In this document: one piece after another, positions 49,201 through 61,200 of the stretch
Numbering within the stretch: the first letter of the stretch is position 1
Layout: each line of letters starts with the position of its first letter
Source: Squalus acanthias
Lineage: Eukaryota
Assembly (NCBI GenBank): GCA_030390025.1
Contig: JASTWF010000033.1
Location: 4,404,001 to 4,468,000 of the forward strand
DNA: 64,000 nucleotides
Direction of reading: 5' to 3'
The notes under the pieces: generated by a model
Databases searched by the model: none
Told to the model about the DNA's origin: nothing
The model's input: the letters and a program-made list of their open reading frames with translations, nothing else
Program-made: the position numbers and the translations under genes

Positions 49201-52200
49201 GAGCTGCCAGAGTCTGTAAATGGAGCTGTGTCAGTCTGTGAACGGAGTTGTCTGGGTCTGTGAATGGAGCGGTCTGGGTCTGTGAATGGAGCTGTCTGAG
49301 TCTGTGAATGGAGATGACTGGGTCTGTGAATGGAGCTGTCTGAGTCTGTGAAAGGAGCTGTTTGGGTCTGTGAATGGAGCTATCTATGTCTGTGAATAGA
49401 GCTGTCTGGGTCTGTGAATGGAGCTGTCTGAGTCTGTAATGAGCTGTCTGTGTCTGTGAATGGAGCTGTCTGAGTCTGTGAATGGAGCTGTCTGGGTCTG
49501 TGAATGGAGCTGTCTGGGTCTGTGAATGGAGCTGTCTGAGTCTGTGAATGGAGCTGTCTGAGTCTGTGAATGGAGCTGTCTGAGTCTGTGAATGGAGCTG
49601 TCTGAGTCTGTGAATGGAGCTGTCTGAGTCTGTGAATGGAGCTGTCTGGGTCTGTGAATGGAGCTGTCTGGTCTGTGAATGGAGCTGTCTGGGTCTGTGA
49701 ATGGAGCTGTCTGGGTCTGTGAATGGAGCTGTCTGAGTCTGTGAATGGAGCTGTCTGGGTCTGTGAATGGAGCTGTCTGTGTCTGTGAATGGAGCTGTCT
49801 GTGTCTGTGAATGGAGCTGTCTGGTCTGTGAATGGAGCTGTCTGTGTCTGTGAATGGAGCTGTCTGGGTCTGTGAATGGAGCTGTCTGAGTCTGTGAATG
49901 GAGCTGTCTTGGATCTGTGAATGGAGCTGTCTGGGTCGGTGAATGAGCTATCTGGGTCTGTGAATTGAGCTGTCTGAGTCTGTGAATGGAGCTGTCTTGG
50001 TCTGTGAATGGAGCTGTCTTGGTCTTTTAACGGAGCTGTCTGGGTCTGTGAAATGAGCTGTCTGGGTCTGTTAATGAGCTGTCTGGGTCTGTGAATGGAG
50101 CTGTCTGAGTCTGTGAATGGAGCTGTCTAGGTCTGTGAATGAGCTGTCTGGGTCTGTGAATGAGCTGTCTGGTTCTGTGAATGAGCTGTCTGAGTCTGTG
50201 AATGGAGCTGTCTGGGTCTGTGAATTGAGCTGTCCGAGTCTGTGAATGGAGCTGTCTGGGTCTGTGAATGGAGCTGCCTGTGTCTGTGAATGGAGCTGTC
50301 TGAGTCTGGGAATGGATCTGTCTGGGTCTGTGAATGGAGCTGTCTGGGTCTGTGAAATGAGCTGTCTGAGTTTTTGAATGGAGCTGTCTGAGTCTGTGAA
50401 TGGAGCTGTCTGAGTCTGTGAATGGTGCTGTCTGGGTCTCTGACTGGAGCTGTCTGGGTCTGTGAATGGAGCTATGTGGGTCTGTAAATGTAGCTGTTTG
50501 GGTCTGTGAATGGAGTTGTCTGGGTCTGTGAATGGAGCTGCCTGAGTTTGTGAATGCAGTTGTCTTGGTCTGTGAATGGAGCTGTCTGAGTCTGTAAATG
50601 GAGCTGTCTGGGTCTTTGAATGGAGCTGCCTGGTTTTGTGAATGCAGTTGTCTGGGTCTGTGAATGGAGCTGTCTAAGTCTGTAAATGGAGCTGTCTGGG
50701 TCTGTGAATTGAGCTGTCAGAGTCTGTAAATGCAGCTGTCTGGTTCTCTGAATGGAGCTGTCTGTGTCTGTGAATGGAGCTGTCTGAGTCTGTAAATAGA
50801 GCTGTCTGGGTCTGTGAATGGAGCTGCGAGAGTCTGTAAATGGAGCTGTCTGGGTCTCTGAATGGAGCTGTCTGTGTCTGTGAATTGAGCTGTCAGATTC
50901 TGTAAATGGAGCTGTCTGGACTTGTTAATGGCGCTGTTTGGGTCTGTGAATGGAGCTGTCTGGGTCTGTGAATTGAGCTGTCTGGGTCTGTGAACGGAGC
51001 TGTCTGTGTCTGTGAATGGAGCTGTCTGTGTCGGTGAAATGATCTGTCTGGGTCTGTGAATGGAGCTGACTAGGTCTGTGAATGGAACTGTCTGTGTCTG
51101 TGGAAGGAGCTGTCTGGGTCATTGAATGGAGCTGTCTGAGTCTGTGAATTGAGCTGTCTGGGTCGGTTTAATGAGCTGTCTGGGCATGTGAATGGATCTG
51201 TCTGGGTCTGTGAATGGAGCTGTTTAGGTCTGTGAAATTAATTTTCTGAGGCTGTGAATGGAAATGTCTGGGTCTGTGAAATGAACTTAATGAATTTGTG
51301 AAATGAGCTGTCTGTGTTCTTGTAATCAGCTTTCCATGTCGGGGAATGTTGCTGTCTGTTTCTGTGAATGGAGCTGTCTGAGTTTGGGAATGGATCTGTC
51401 TGGGTCTGTGAATGGAGCTGTCTGGTCTGTGAATGGAGCTGTCTGAGTCTGTGAATGGAGCTGTCTGAGTCTGTGAATGGAGCTGTCTGGTCTGTGAATG
51501 GAGCTGTCTGGGTCTGTGAATGGAGCTGTCTGGGTCTGTGAATGGAGCTGTCTGGTCTGTGAATGGAGCTGTCTGAGTCTGTGAATGGAGCTGTCTGAGT
51601 CTGTGAATGGAGCTGTCTGAGTCTGTGAATGGAGCTGTCTGAGTCTGTGAATGGAGCTGTCTGAGTCTGTGAATGGAGCTGTCTGGGTCTGTGAATGGAG
51701 CTGTCTGAGTCTGTGAATGGAGCTGTCTGGTCTGTGAATGGAGCTGTCTGAGTCTGTGAATGAGCTGTCTGGGTCTGTGAATGGAGCTGTCTGGTCTGTG
51801 AATGGAGCTGTCTGGTCTGTGAATGGAGCTGTCTGAGTCTGTGAATGGAGCTGTCTGAGTCTGTGAATGGAGCTGTCTGAGTCTGTGAATGGAGCTATGT
51901 GGGTCTGTAAATGTAGCTGTTTGGGTCTGTGAATGGAGCTGTCTGGGTCTGTGAATGGAGCTGCCTGGGTTTGTGAATGCAGTTGTCTTGGTCTGTGAAT
52001 GGAGCTGTCTGAGTCTGTAAATGGAGCTGTCTGGGTCTTTGAATGGAGCTGCCTGGTTTTGTGAATGCAGTTGTCTGGGTCTGTGAATGGAGCTGTCTAA
52101 GTCTGTAAATGCAGCTGTCTGGGTCTCTGAATGGAGCTGTCTGTGTCTGTGAATGGAGCTGCCTGGGTCTGTGAATGGAGCTGTCTGTGTCTGTGAATTG

Positions 52201-55200
52201 AGCTGTCTGAGTCTGTCAATGCAGCTGTCTGGGTCTCTGAATGGATCTGTCTGTGTCTGTGAATTGAGCTGCCAGAGTCTGTAAATGCAGTTGTCTGGGT
52301 CTGTGAATGGAGCTGTTTGGGTCTGTGAATGGAGCTGGCTGTGTCTGTGAATGGAGCTGCCAGAGTCTGTAAATGGAGCTGTGTCAGTCTGTGAACGGAG
52401 CTGTCTGGGTCTGTGAATGGAGCTGTCTGGTCTGTGAATGGAGCTGTCTGAGTCTGTGAATGGAGCTGTCTGGGTCTGTGAATGGAGCTGTCTGAGTCTG
52501 TGAAAGGAGCTGTCTGGGTCTGTGAATGGAGCTGTCTATGTCTGTGAATGGAGCTGTCTGGGTCTGTGAATGGAGCTGTCTGAGTCTGTAAATGGAGCTG
52601 TCTGGGTCTGTGAATGGAGCTGCGAGAGTCTGTAAATGGAGCTGTCTGGGTCTGTGAATGGAGCTGTCTGCGTCTGTGAATGGAGCTGTCTGAGTCTGTG
52701 AATGGAGCTGTCTGGGTCTGTGAATGGAGCTGTTGGATCTGTGAATGGAGCTGTCTGGGTCTGTGAATGGAGCTGTCTGGGTCTGTGAATGGAGCTGTCT
52801 GAGTCTGTGAATGGAGCTGTCTGGGTCTGTGAATGGAGCTGTCTGGGTCTGTGAATGGAGCTGTTTAGGTCTGTGAAATGAATTTTCTGAGTCTGTGAAT
52901 GGAAATGTCTGGGTCTGTGAAATGATCTTAATGAATTTGTGAAATGAGCTGTCTGTGTTTTTGTAATCAGCTTTCCATGTCGGGGAATGTTGCTGTCTGT
53001 TTCTATGAATGGAGCTGTCTGAGTGTGGGAAAGGATCTGTCTGGGTCTGTGAATGGAGCTGTTTGGATCTGTGAATGGAGCTGTCTGGGTCGGTGAATTG
53101 AGCTATCTGGGTCTGTGAATTGAGCTGTCTGAGTCTGTGAATGGAGCTATCTTGGTCTTTGAATGGAGCTGTCTTGGTCTTTTTAACGGAGCTGTCTGGG
53201 TCTGTGAAATGAGCTGTCTGGGTCTGTTAAATGAGCTGTCTGGGTCTGTGAATGGAGCTGTCAGAGTCTGTGAATGGAGCTGTCTAGGTCTGTGAAATGA
53301 GCTGTCTGGGTCTGTGAAATGATCTGTCTGGTTCTGTGAAATGAACATTCTGAGTCTGTGAATGGAACTTCCTGGGTCTGTGAATTGAGCTGTCCGAGTC
53401 TGTGAATGGAGCTGTCTGGGTCTGTGAATGGAGCTGTCTGAGTCTGTGAATGGAGCTGTCTGGGTCTGTGAATGGAGCTGTCTGGGTCTGTGAATGGAGC
53501 TGTCTGGGTCTGTGAATGGAGCTGTCTGGGTCTGTGAATGGAGCTGTCTGGGTCTGTGAATGGAGCTGTCTGAGTCTGTGAATGGAGCTGTCTGGGTCTG
53601 TGAATGGAGCTGTCTGTGTCTGTGAATGGAGCTGTCTGGTCTGTGAATGGAGCTGTCTGGGTCTGTGAATGGAGCTGTCTGGGTCTGTGAATGGAGCTGT
53701 CTGAGTCTGTGAATGGAGCTGTCTGGGTCTGTGAATGGAGCTGTCTGAGTCTGTGAATGGAGCTGTCTGGGTCTGTGAATGGAGCTGTCTGAGTCTGTGA
53801 ATGGAGCTGTCTGGGTCTGTGAATGGAGCTGTCTGTGTCTGTGAATGGAGCTGTCTGGGTCTGTGAATGGAGCTGTCTGGGTCTGTGAATGGAGCTGTCT
53901 GAGTCTGTAAATGGAGCTGTCTGGGTCTCTGAATGGAGCTGTCTGTGTCTGTGAATTGAGCTGTCAGATTCTGTAAATGGAGCTGTCTGGACTTGTTAAT
54001 GGCGCTGTTTGGGTCTGTGAATGGAGCTGTCTGGGCCTGTGAATTGAGCTGTCTGGGTCTGTGAACGGAGCTGTCTGTGTCTGTGAATGGAGCTGTCTGT
54101 GTCGGTGAAATGATCTGTCTGGGTCTGTGAATGGAGCTGACTAGGTCTGTGAATGGAACTGTCTGTGTCTGTGGAAGGAGCTGTCTGGGTCGTTGAATGG
54201 AGCTGTCTGAGTCTGTGAATTGAGCTGTCTGGGTCGGTTTAATGAGCTGTCTGGGCATGTGAATGGATCTGTCTGGGTCTGTGAATGGAGCTGTTTAGGT
54301 CTGTGAAATTAATTTTCTGAGGCTGTGAATGGAAATGTCTGGGTCTGTGAAATGAACTTAATGAATTTGTGAAATGAGCTGTCTGTGTTCTTGTAATCAG
54401 CTTTCTGAGTCTGTGAATGGAGCTGTCTGAGTCTGTGAATGGAGCTGTCTGAGTCTGTGAATGGAGCTGTCTGGGTCTGTGAATGGAGCTGTCTGAGTCT
54501 GTGAATGGAGCTGTCTGGGTCTGTGAATGGAGCTGTCTGAGTCTGTGAATGGAGCTGTCTGTGTCTGTGAATGGAGCTGTCTGAGTCTGTGAATGGAGCT
54601 GTCTGGGTCTGTGAATGGAGCTGTCTGGTCTGTGAATGGAGCTGTCTGGTCTGTGAATGGAGCTGTCTGAGTCTGTAATGGAGCTGTCTGGGTCTGTGAA
54701 TGGAGCTGTCTGGGTCTGTGAATGGAGCTGTCTGGGTCTGTGAATGGAGCTGTCTGAGTCTGTGAATGGAGCTGTCTGGGTCTGTGAATGGAGCTGTCTG
54801 GTCTGTGAATGGAGCTGTCTGGGTCTGTGAATGGAGCTGTCTGAGTCTGTGAATGGAGCTGTCTGGGTCTGTGAATGGAGCTGTCTGAGTCTGTAAATGC
54901 AGCTGTCTGGTTCTCTGAATGGAGCTGTCTGTGTCTGTGAATGGAGCTGCCTGGGTCTGTGAATGGAGCTGTCTGTGTCTGTGAAGTGAGCTGTCTGAGT
55001 CTGTAAATGCAGCTGCCTTGGTCTGTAAATGGAGCTGGTTGGGTTTGTGACTGGAGTTGTCTGGGTCTGTGAATGGAGCTGTCTGAGTCTGTGAATGGAT
55101 CTGTCTGGATCTGTGAAATGAACTTTCGGAGTCTGATTGGAGCTGTCTGGGTCGGTGAATTGAGCTGTCTGGGTCTGTGACTGGAGCTGTCTGGGTCAGT

Positions 55201-58200
55201 GAATGGAGCTGTCTGGGTCTGTGAATTGAGCTGTTTGGGTCTGTGAATGGAGCTATCTATGTCTGTGAATGGAGCTGTCTGGGTCTGTGAATGGTGCTGT
55301 CTGAGTCTGTAAATAGAGCTGTCTGGGTCTGGAAATGGAGCTGCGAGAGTCTGTAAATGGAGCTGTCTGGGTCTCTGAATGGAGCTATCTGTGTCTGTGA
55401 ATTGAGCTGTCAGAGATTGTAAATGAAGCTGTCTGGGTCTGTTAATGGAGCTGTTTGGGTCTGTGAATGGAGCTGTCTGGGTCTGTGAATTGAGCTGTCT
55501 GGGTCTGTGAACGGAGCTGACTGAGTCTGTGAATGGAGCTGTCTGGGTCGGTTTAATGAGCTGTCTGGGTCTGTGAATGGATCTGTCTGGGTCTGTGAAT
55601 GGAGCTGTTTAGGTCTGTGAAATGAATTTTCTGAGTCTGTGAATGGAAATGTCTGGGTCTGTGAAATGAACTTAATGAATTTGTGAAATGAGCTGTCTGT
55701 GTTTTTGTAATCAGCTTTCCATGTCGGGGAATGTTGCTGTCTGTTTCTGTGAATGGAGCTGTCTGAGTCTGGGAAAGGATCTGTCTGGGTCTGTGAATGG
55801 AGCTGTTTGGATCTGTGAATGGAGCTGTCTGGGTCGGTGAATTGAGCTATCTGTGTCTGTGAATTGAGCTGTCTGAGTCTGTGAATGGAGCTGTCTTGGT
55901 CTTTTAATGGAGCTGTCTGGGTCTGTGAATGGAGCTGTCTGAGTCTGTGAATGGAGCTGTCTGGGTCTGTGAATGGAGCTGTCTGAGTCTGTGAATGGAG
56001 CTGTCTGGTCTGTGAATGGAGCTGTCTGGGTCTGTGAATGGATCTGTCTGGGTCTGTGAATGGAGCTGTCTGAGTCTGTGAATGGAGCTGTCTGGTCTGT
56101 GAATGGAGCTGTCTGAGTCTGTGAATGGAGCTGTCTGGGTCTGTGAATGAGCTGCCTGTGTCTGTGATGGAGCTGTCGGGGGTCTGTGAATGGAGCTGTC
56201 TGTGTCGTGAATGGAATCTTTCGAGTCTGTGAATGGAGCTGTCTGAGTCTTGAATGGAGCTGTCTGGGTCTGTGAATGGAGCTGTCTGAGTCTGTGAATG
56301 GAGCTGTCTGAGGTCTGTGAATGAGCTGTCTGTGTCTGTGAATGAGTTGTCTGGTCTGTGAAATGGAGCTTTCTGAGTCTGTGAATGGAGCTGTCTGGTC
56401 TGTGAATGCAGCTGTTTGGGTCTGTGAATGAAGTTGTCTGAGTCTGTGAATGGAGCTGTCTGGGTCTGTAAATGGAGCTGTCTGTGTCTGTAAATGGAGC
56501 TGTCTTTGTCTTTGAATGCAGCTGTCTGAGTCTGTAAATGGAGATGTTTGGGTCTGTGAATGGAGCTGACTGAGTCTGTGAATGGAGCTGTCTGTGCCTG
56601 TGAATGGAGCTGTCTGAGTCTGTAAATGAAGCTGTCTGTGTCTGTGAATGGAGCTGTCTGAGTCTGTGAATGGAGCTGTCTGGGTCTGTGAATGGAGCTT
56701 TATGGGTCTGTGAATGGAGCCATCTGTGTCTGTGAATGAGCTGTCTGGGTCTGTGAATGGAGCTGTCTGTGTCTGTGAATGGAGCTGTCTGTGTCTGTGA
56801 ATGGAGCTGTTTGGGTCTGTGAATGGAGCTGTCTCTGTCTGTAAATGGAGCTGTCTGTGTCTGTGAATGGAGCTGTTTGGGTCTGTGAATGGAGCTGTTT
56901 GGGTCTGTGAATGGAGCTGTCTGGGTCTGTGAATGGAGCTGTCTGAGTTTGTGAATGGAGCTGTCTGAGTCTGTGAATGGAACTGTCTGGGTCTGTGAAT
57001 GGAGCTGTCTGGGTCTGTGAATGGAGCTGTCGGGATCTGTAAATGGTGCTGTCTGAGTCTGTGAATGGAGCTGTCTGGATCTGTAAATGGTGCTGTCTGT
57101 GTCTGTGAATGGAGCAGTCTGATTCTGAGAATGGAGCTTTCTGAGTCTGTGAATGGAGCTGTCTGGGTCTGTGAATGGAGCTGTCTGGGTCTGTGAATGG
57201 AGCTGTCTCGGTCTGTGAATGGAACTGTCTGTGTCTGTGAATGGAGCTTTCTGTGTCTGTAAATGGAGCTGTCTGTGTCTGTGAATGGAGCTGTTTGTGT
57301 CTGTGAATGGAGCTGTCTGGGTCTGTGAATGGAGCTGTCTGAGTCTGTGAATGGAGCTGTCTGAGTCTGGGAATGGAGCTGACTGAGTCTGTGAATGGAG
57401 CTGTCTGGGTCTGTGAATGGAGTTTGGGTTTGTGAATGGAACTGTCTGGGTCTGTGAATGAAGCTGTCTGGGTCTGTGAATGGAGCTGTCCGGATCTGTA
57501 AATGGTTCTGTCTGAGTCTGTGAATGGAGCTTTCTGAATCTGTGTATCGAGCTGTCTGGGTGTGTGTCATGAGCTTTATGAGCCTTTGAAGTGAGCCGTC
57601 TGAGTCTGTGAATAGAGCTGCCTGGGTCTGTGAAATTAGCTTTCTGGGTATGTGAATGGCGCTGACTGGGTCTGTGAATGGCGCTGACTGGGTCTGTGAA
57701 TGGAGCTGTCTGGGTCGGTGAATGGTGCTGTCTGAGTCTGTGAATGGATCAGTCTGAGTCTGTGAATGGCACTGTCTGGGTCTGTGAATGCAGCTATCTG
57801 GGTCTGTGAATGGAGGATTCTGGGTCTGTGAATGGAGCTGTCTGAGTCTGTGAATGGAGCTGTCTGGGTCTGTGAATGGTGCTGCCTGAGTCTGTGAATG
57901 GAGCAGTCTGAGTCTGTGTATAGAGCTGTCTGGGTCTGTGAATGGAGCTGTCTGGGTCTGTAAATGGTGCTGCCTGGGTCTGTGAATGGAGCTGTCTGGT
58001 TCTGTAAATGGTGCTGTCTGAGTCAATGAATGGAGCTGTCTGATTCTGAGAATGGAGCTTTCTGAGTCTGTGTATAGAGCTGTCTGGGTCTGTGAAATGA
58101 GTATTCTGGGTCTGTGAATGGCGCTGTCTGGGTCTGTGAATGCAGCTTTCTGCGTCTGTGAATGGAGCTGTTGGTTCTGTGAATGGAGCTGTCTGAGTCT

Positions 58201-61200
58201 GTGAATGGAGCTTCTGGGTCTGTGAATTGTGATGTCAGGGTCTGTGAATTGAGCTGACTGTGTCTGTGCAATGAGTTGTCTGGGTCTGTGAATTGAGCTG
58301 CATGGGTCTGTGAATTGAGCTGTCTCAGTCTGTGCAATGAGTTGTCTGTGTCTATAAATGGAGCTGTCTGGGTCTGTAAATGGAGTTGTTTGAGTCTGTG
58401 ATGGAGCTGTCTGGGTCTGTGAATGGAGCTGCCAGAGTCTGTAATTGGAGCTGTCTCAGTCTGTGAATGGAGTTGTCTGGGTCTGTGAATGGATCTGTCT
58501 GGGTCTGTGAATGGAGCTGTCTGAGTCTGTGAATGGAGCTGTCTGGATCTGTGAATGGAGCTGTCTGAGTCTGTGAATGGAGCTATCTGGGTCTGTGAAT
58601 AGAGCTGTCTGAGTCTGTGAATGGAGCTGTCTGGATCTGTGAATGGAGCTGACTGAATCTGTGAATGGAGCTGTCTGGGTCTGTGAATGGAGCTGATTGA
58701 GTCTGTGAATGGAGCTGTCTGGGTCTGTGAATGGAGCTGTCTGTGTCTGTGAATGGAGCTGTCTGGTTCTGTGAATGGATCTGTCTGGGTCTGTGAATTG
58801 ATCTGTCTGGGTCTGTGAATGGAGCTGTCTGGATCTGTGAAATAATCTTTCCGATTCTGTGAATGGAGCTGTCTGGGTCTGTGAATGGAGCTGTCTGAGT
58901 CTGTAAATGGAGCTGTCTGGGTCTGTGAATGGAGCTGTCTCAGTCTGTAAATGGAGCTGTCTGTGTCTGTGAATGGAGCTGTCTGAGCCTGTAAATGCAG
59001 CTGTTTGTGTCTGTGAATGAAGTTGTCTGAGTCTGTGAATGGAGCTGTCTGGGTCTGTAAATGGAGCTGTCTGTGTCTGTAAATGGAGCTGTCTTTGTCT
59101 TTGAATGCAGCTGTCTGATTCTGTAAATGGAGATGTTTGGGTCTGTGAATGGAGCTGACTGAGTCTGCGAATGGAGCTGTCTGTGCCTTTGAATGGAGCT
59201 GTCTGAGTCTGTAAATGAAGCTGTCTGTGTCTGTGAATGGAGCTGTCTAAGTCTGTGAATGGAGCAGTCTGGGTCTGTTGAATCGAGCTTTATGGGTCTG
59301 TGAATGGAGCCATCTGTGTCTGTGAATGAGCTGTCTGGGTCTGTAAAAGGAGCTGTTTGGGTCTGAAAATGGAGCTGTCTAGGTCTGTGAATGGAGCTGT
59401 CTGTGTCTGTGAATGGAGCTGTCTCTGTCTGTGAATGGAGCTGTTTGGGTCTGTGAATGGAGCTGTTTCTGTCTGTAAATGGAGCTGTCTGTGTCTGTGA
59501 ATGGAGCTGTTTGGGTCTGTGAATGGAGCTGTTTGGGTCTGTGAATGGAGCTGTCTGGGTCTGTGAATGGAGCTGTCTGTGTTTGTGAATGGAGCTGTCT
59601 GAGTCTGTGAATGGAACTGTCTGGGTCTGTGAATGGAGCTGTCTGGGCCTGTGAATGAAGCATTCTGAATCTGTGAATGGAACTGTCTGGGTCTGTGAAT
59701 GGAGCTGTCTGGGTCTGTGAATGGTGTTGTCTGTGTCTGTGAATGGAGCTGTCTGATTCTGAGAATGGAGCTTTCTGAGTCGGTGAATGGAGCTGTCTGG
59801 GTCTGTGAATGGAGCTGTCTGCGTCTGTGAATGGAGCTGTCTCGGTCTGTGAATGGAGCTGTCTGGGTCTGTGAATGGAGCTGTGTGAGTCTGTAACTGG
59901 AGATGTCTGGGTCTGTGAATGGAGCTGTCTGAGTCTCTAAATGGAGCTGTCTGAGTCCCGGAATGGAGCTGTCTGTGTCTGTGAATGGAGCTGTCTGAGT
60001 CTCTAAATGGAGCTGTCTGGGTCTGTGAAATTAGCTTTGTGGATCTTTGAATGGAGCTGACTGGGTTTGTTAATGGAGTTGTCTGGGTATGTGAATGGAG
60101 CTGTCTGGGTCCGTGAATGTAGCTGTCTGAGTCTGTGAATGGAGTTGTCTGGGTCGGTGAATCGAGCTGTCTGGGTCTGTGAATGGAGCTGTCTGAGTCT
60201 GTGAATGGAGCTGTCTGGGTCTGTGAATGGAGCTGTCTTGGTCTGTGAATGGAGCTGTCTGGGTCTGTGAATGGAGCTGTCTCGGTCTGTGAATGGAGCT
60301 GTCTGAGTCTGTGAATGGTGCTGTCTGGGTGTGTGAATGGAGCTATCTGTGTCTGTGAATGAGCTGTCTGGATCTGTGAATGGAGCTGTCTGAGTCTGAG
60401 AATGGTGCTGTTTGGGTCTGTTAATGGAGCTATCTGTGTCGGTGAATGAAGTTGTCTGGGTCTGTGAATTCAGCTGTCTGTGTCTGTGAATGGAGTTGTC
60501 TGGGTCTGTGAATGGAGCTGTCTGTGTCTGTGAATGGAGCTGCCAGAGTCGGTAAATGGAGCTATCTGCGTCTGTGAATGGAGTTGTCTGGGTCTGTGAA
60601 TGGAGCTGTCTGGGTCTGTGAATGGAGCTGCCAGAGTCTGTGAAGGGGGCTTTCTGTGTCTGTGAATGGAGTTGTCTGGGTCTGTGAATGGAGCTGTCTG
60701 GGTCTGTGAATGGAGCTGTCTGAGTCTGTGAATGCAGATGGCTGTGTCTGTGAATGGAGCTATCTGTGTCTGTGAATGGAGCTTTCTGAGTCTGTGAATG
60801 GAGACGTTTGGTTCTGTGAATGGAGCTGTCTGGGTCTGTGAATGGAGCTGTCTGAGTCTGTAACTAGAGCTGTCTGGGTCTGTGAATGGAGCTGCGAGAC
60901 TCTGTAAATGGAGCTGTCTGGGTCTCTGAATGGAGCTGTCTGTGTCTGTGAATTGAGCTGTCAGATTCTGTAAATGGAGCTGTCTGGGTCTGTGAATGGA
61001 GCTGTCTGAGTCTCTAAATGGAGCTGTCTGAGGCTGTGAATGGAGCTGTCTGAGTCTGTGAATGGAGCTGTCTGAGTCTCTAAATGGAGCTGTCTGTGTC
61101 TGTGAAATTAGCTTTCTGGATCTTTGAATGGTGCTGCCTGGGTTTGTGAATGGAGTTGTCTGGGTCTGTGAATGGAGCTGTCTGGGTCTGTGAATGGAGT

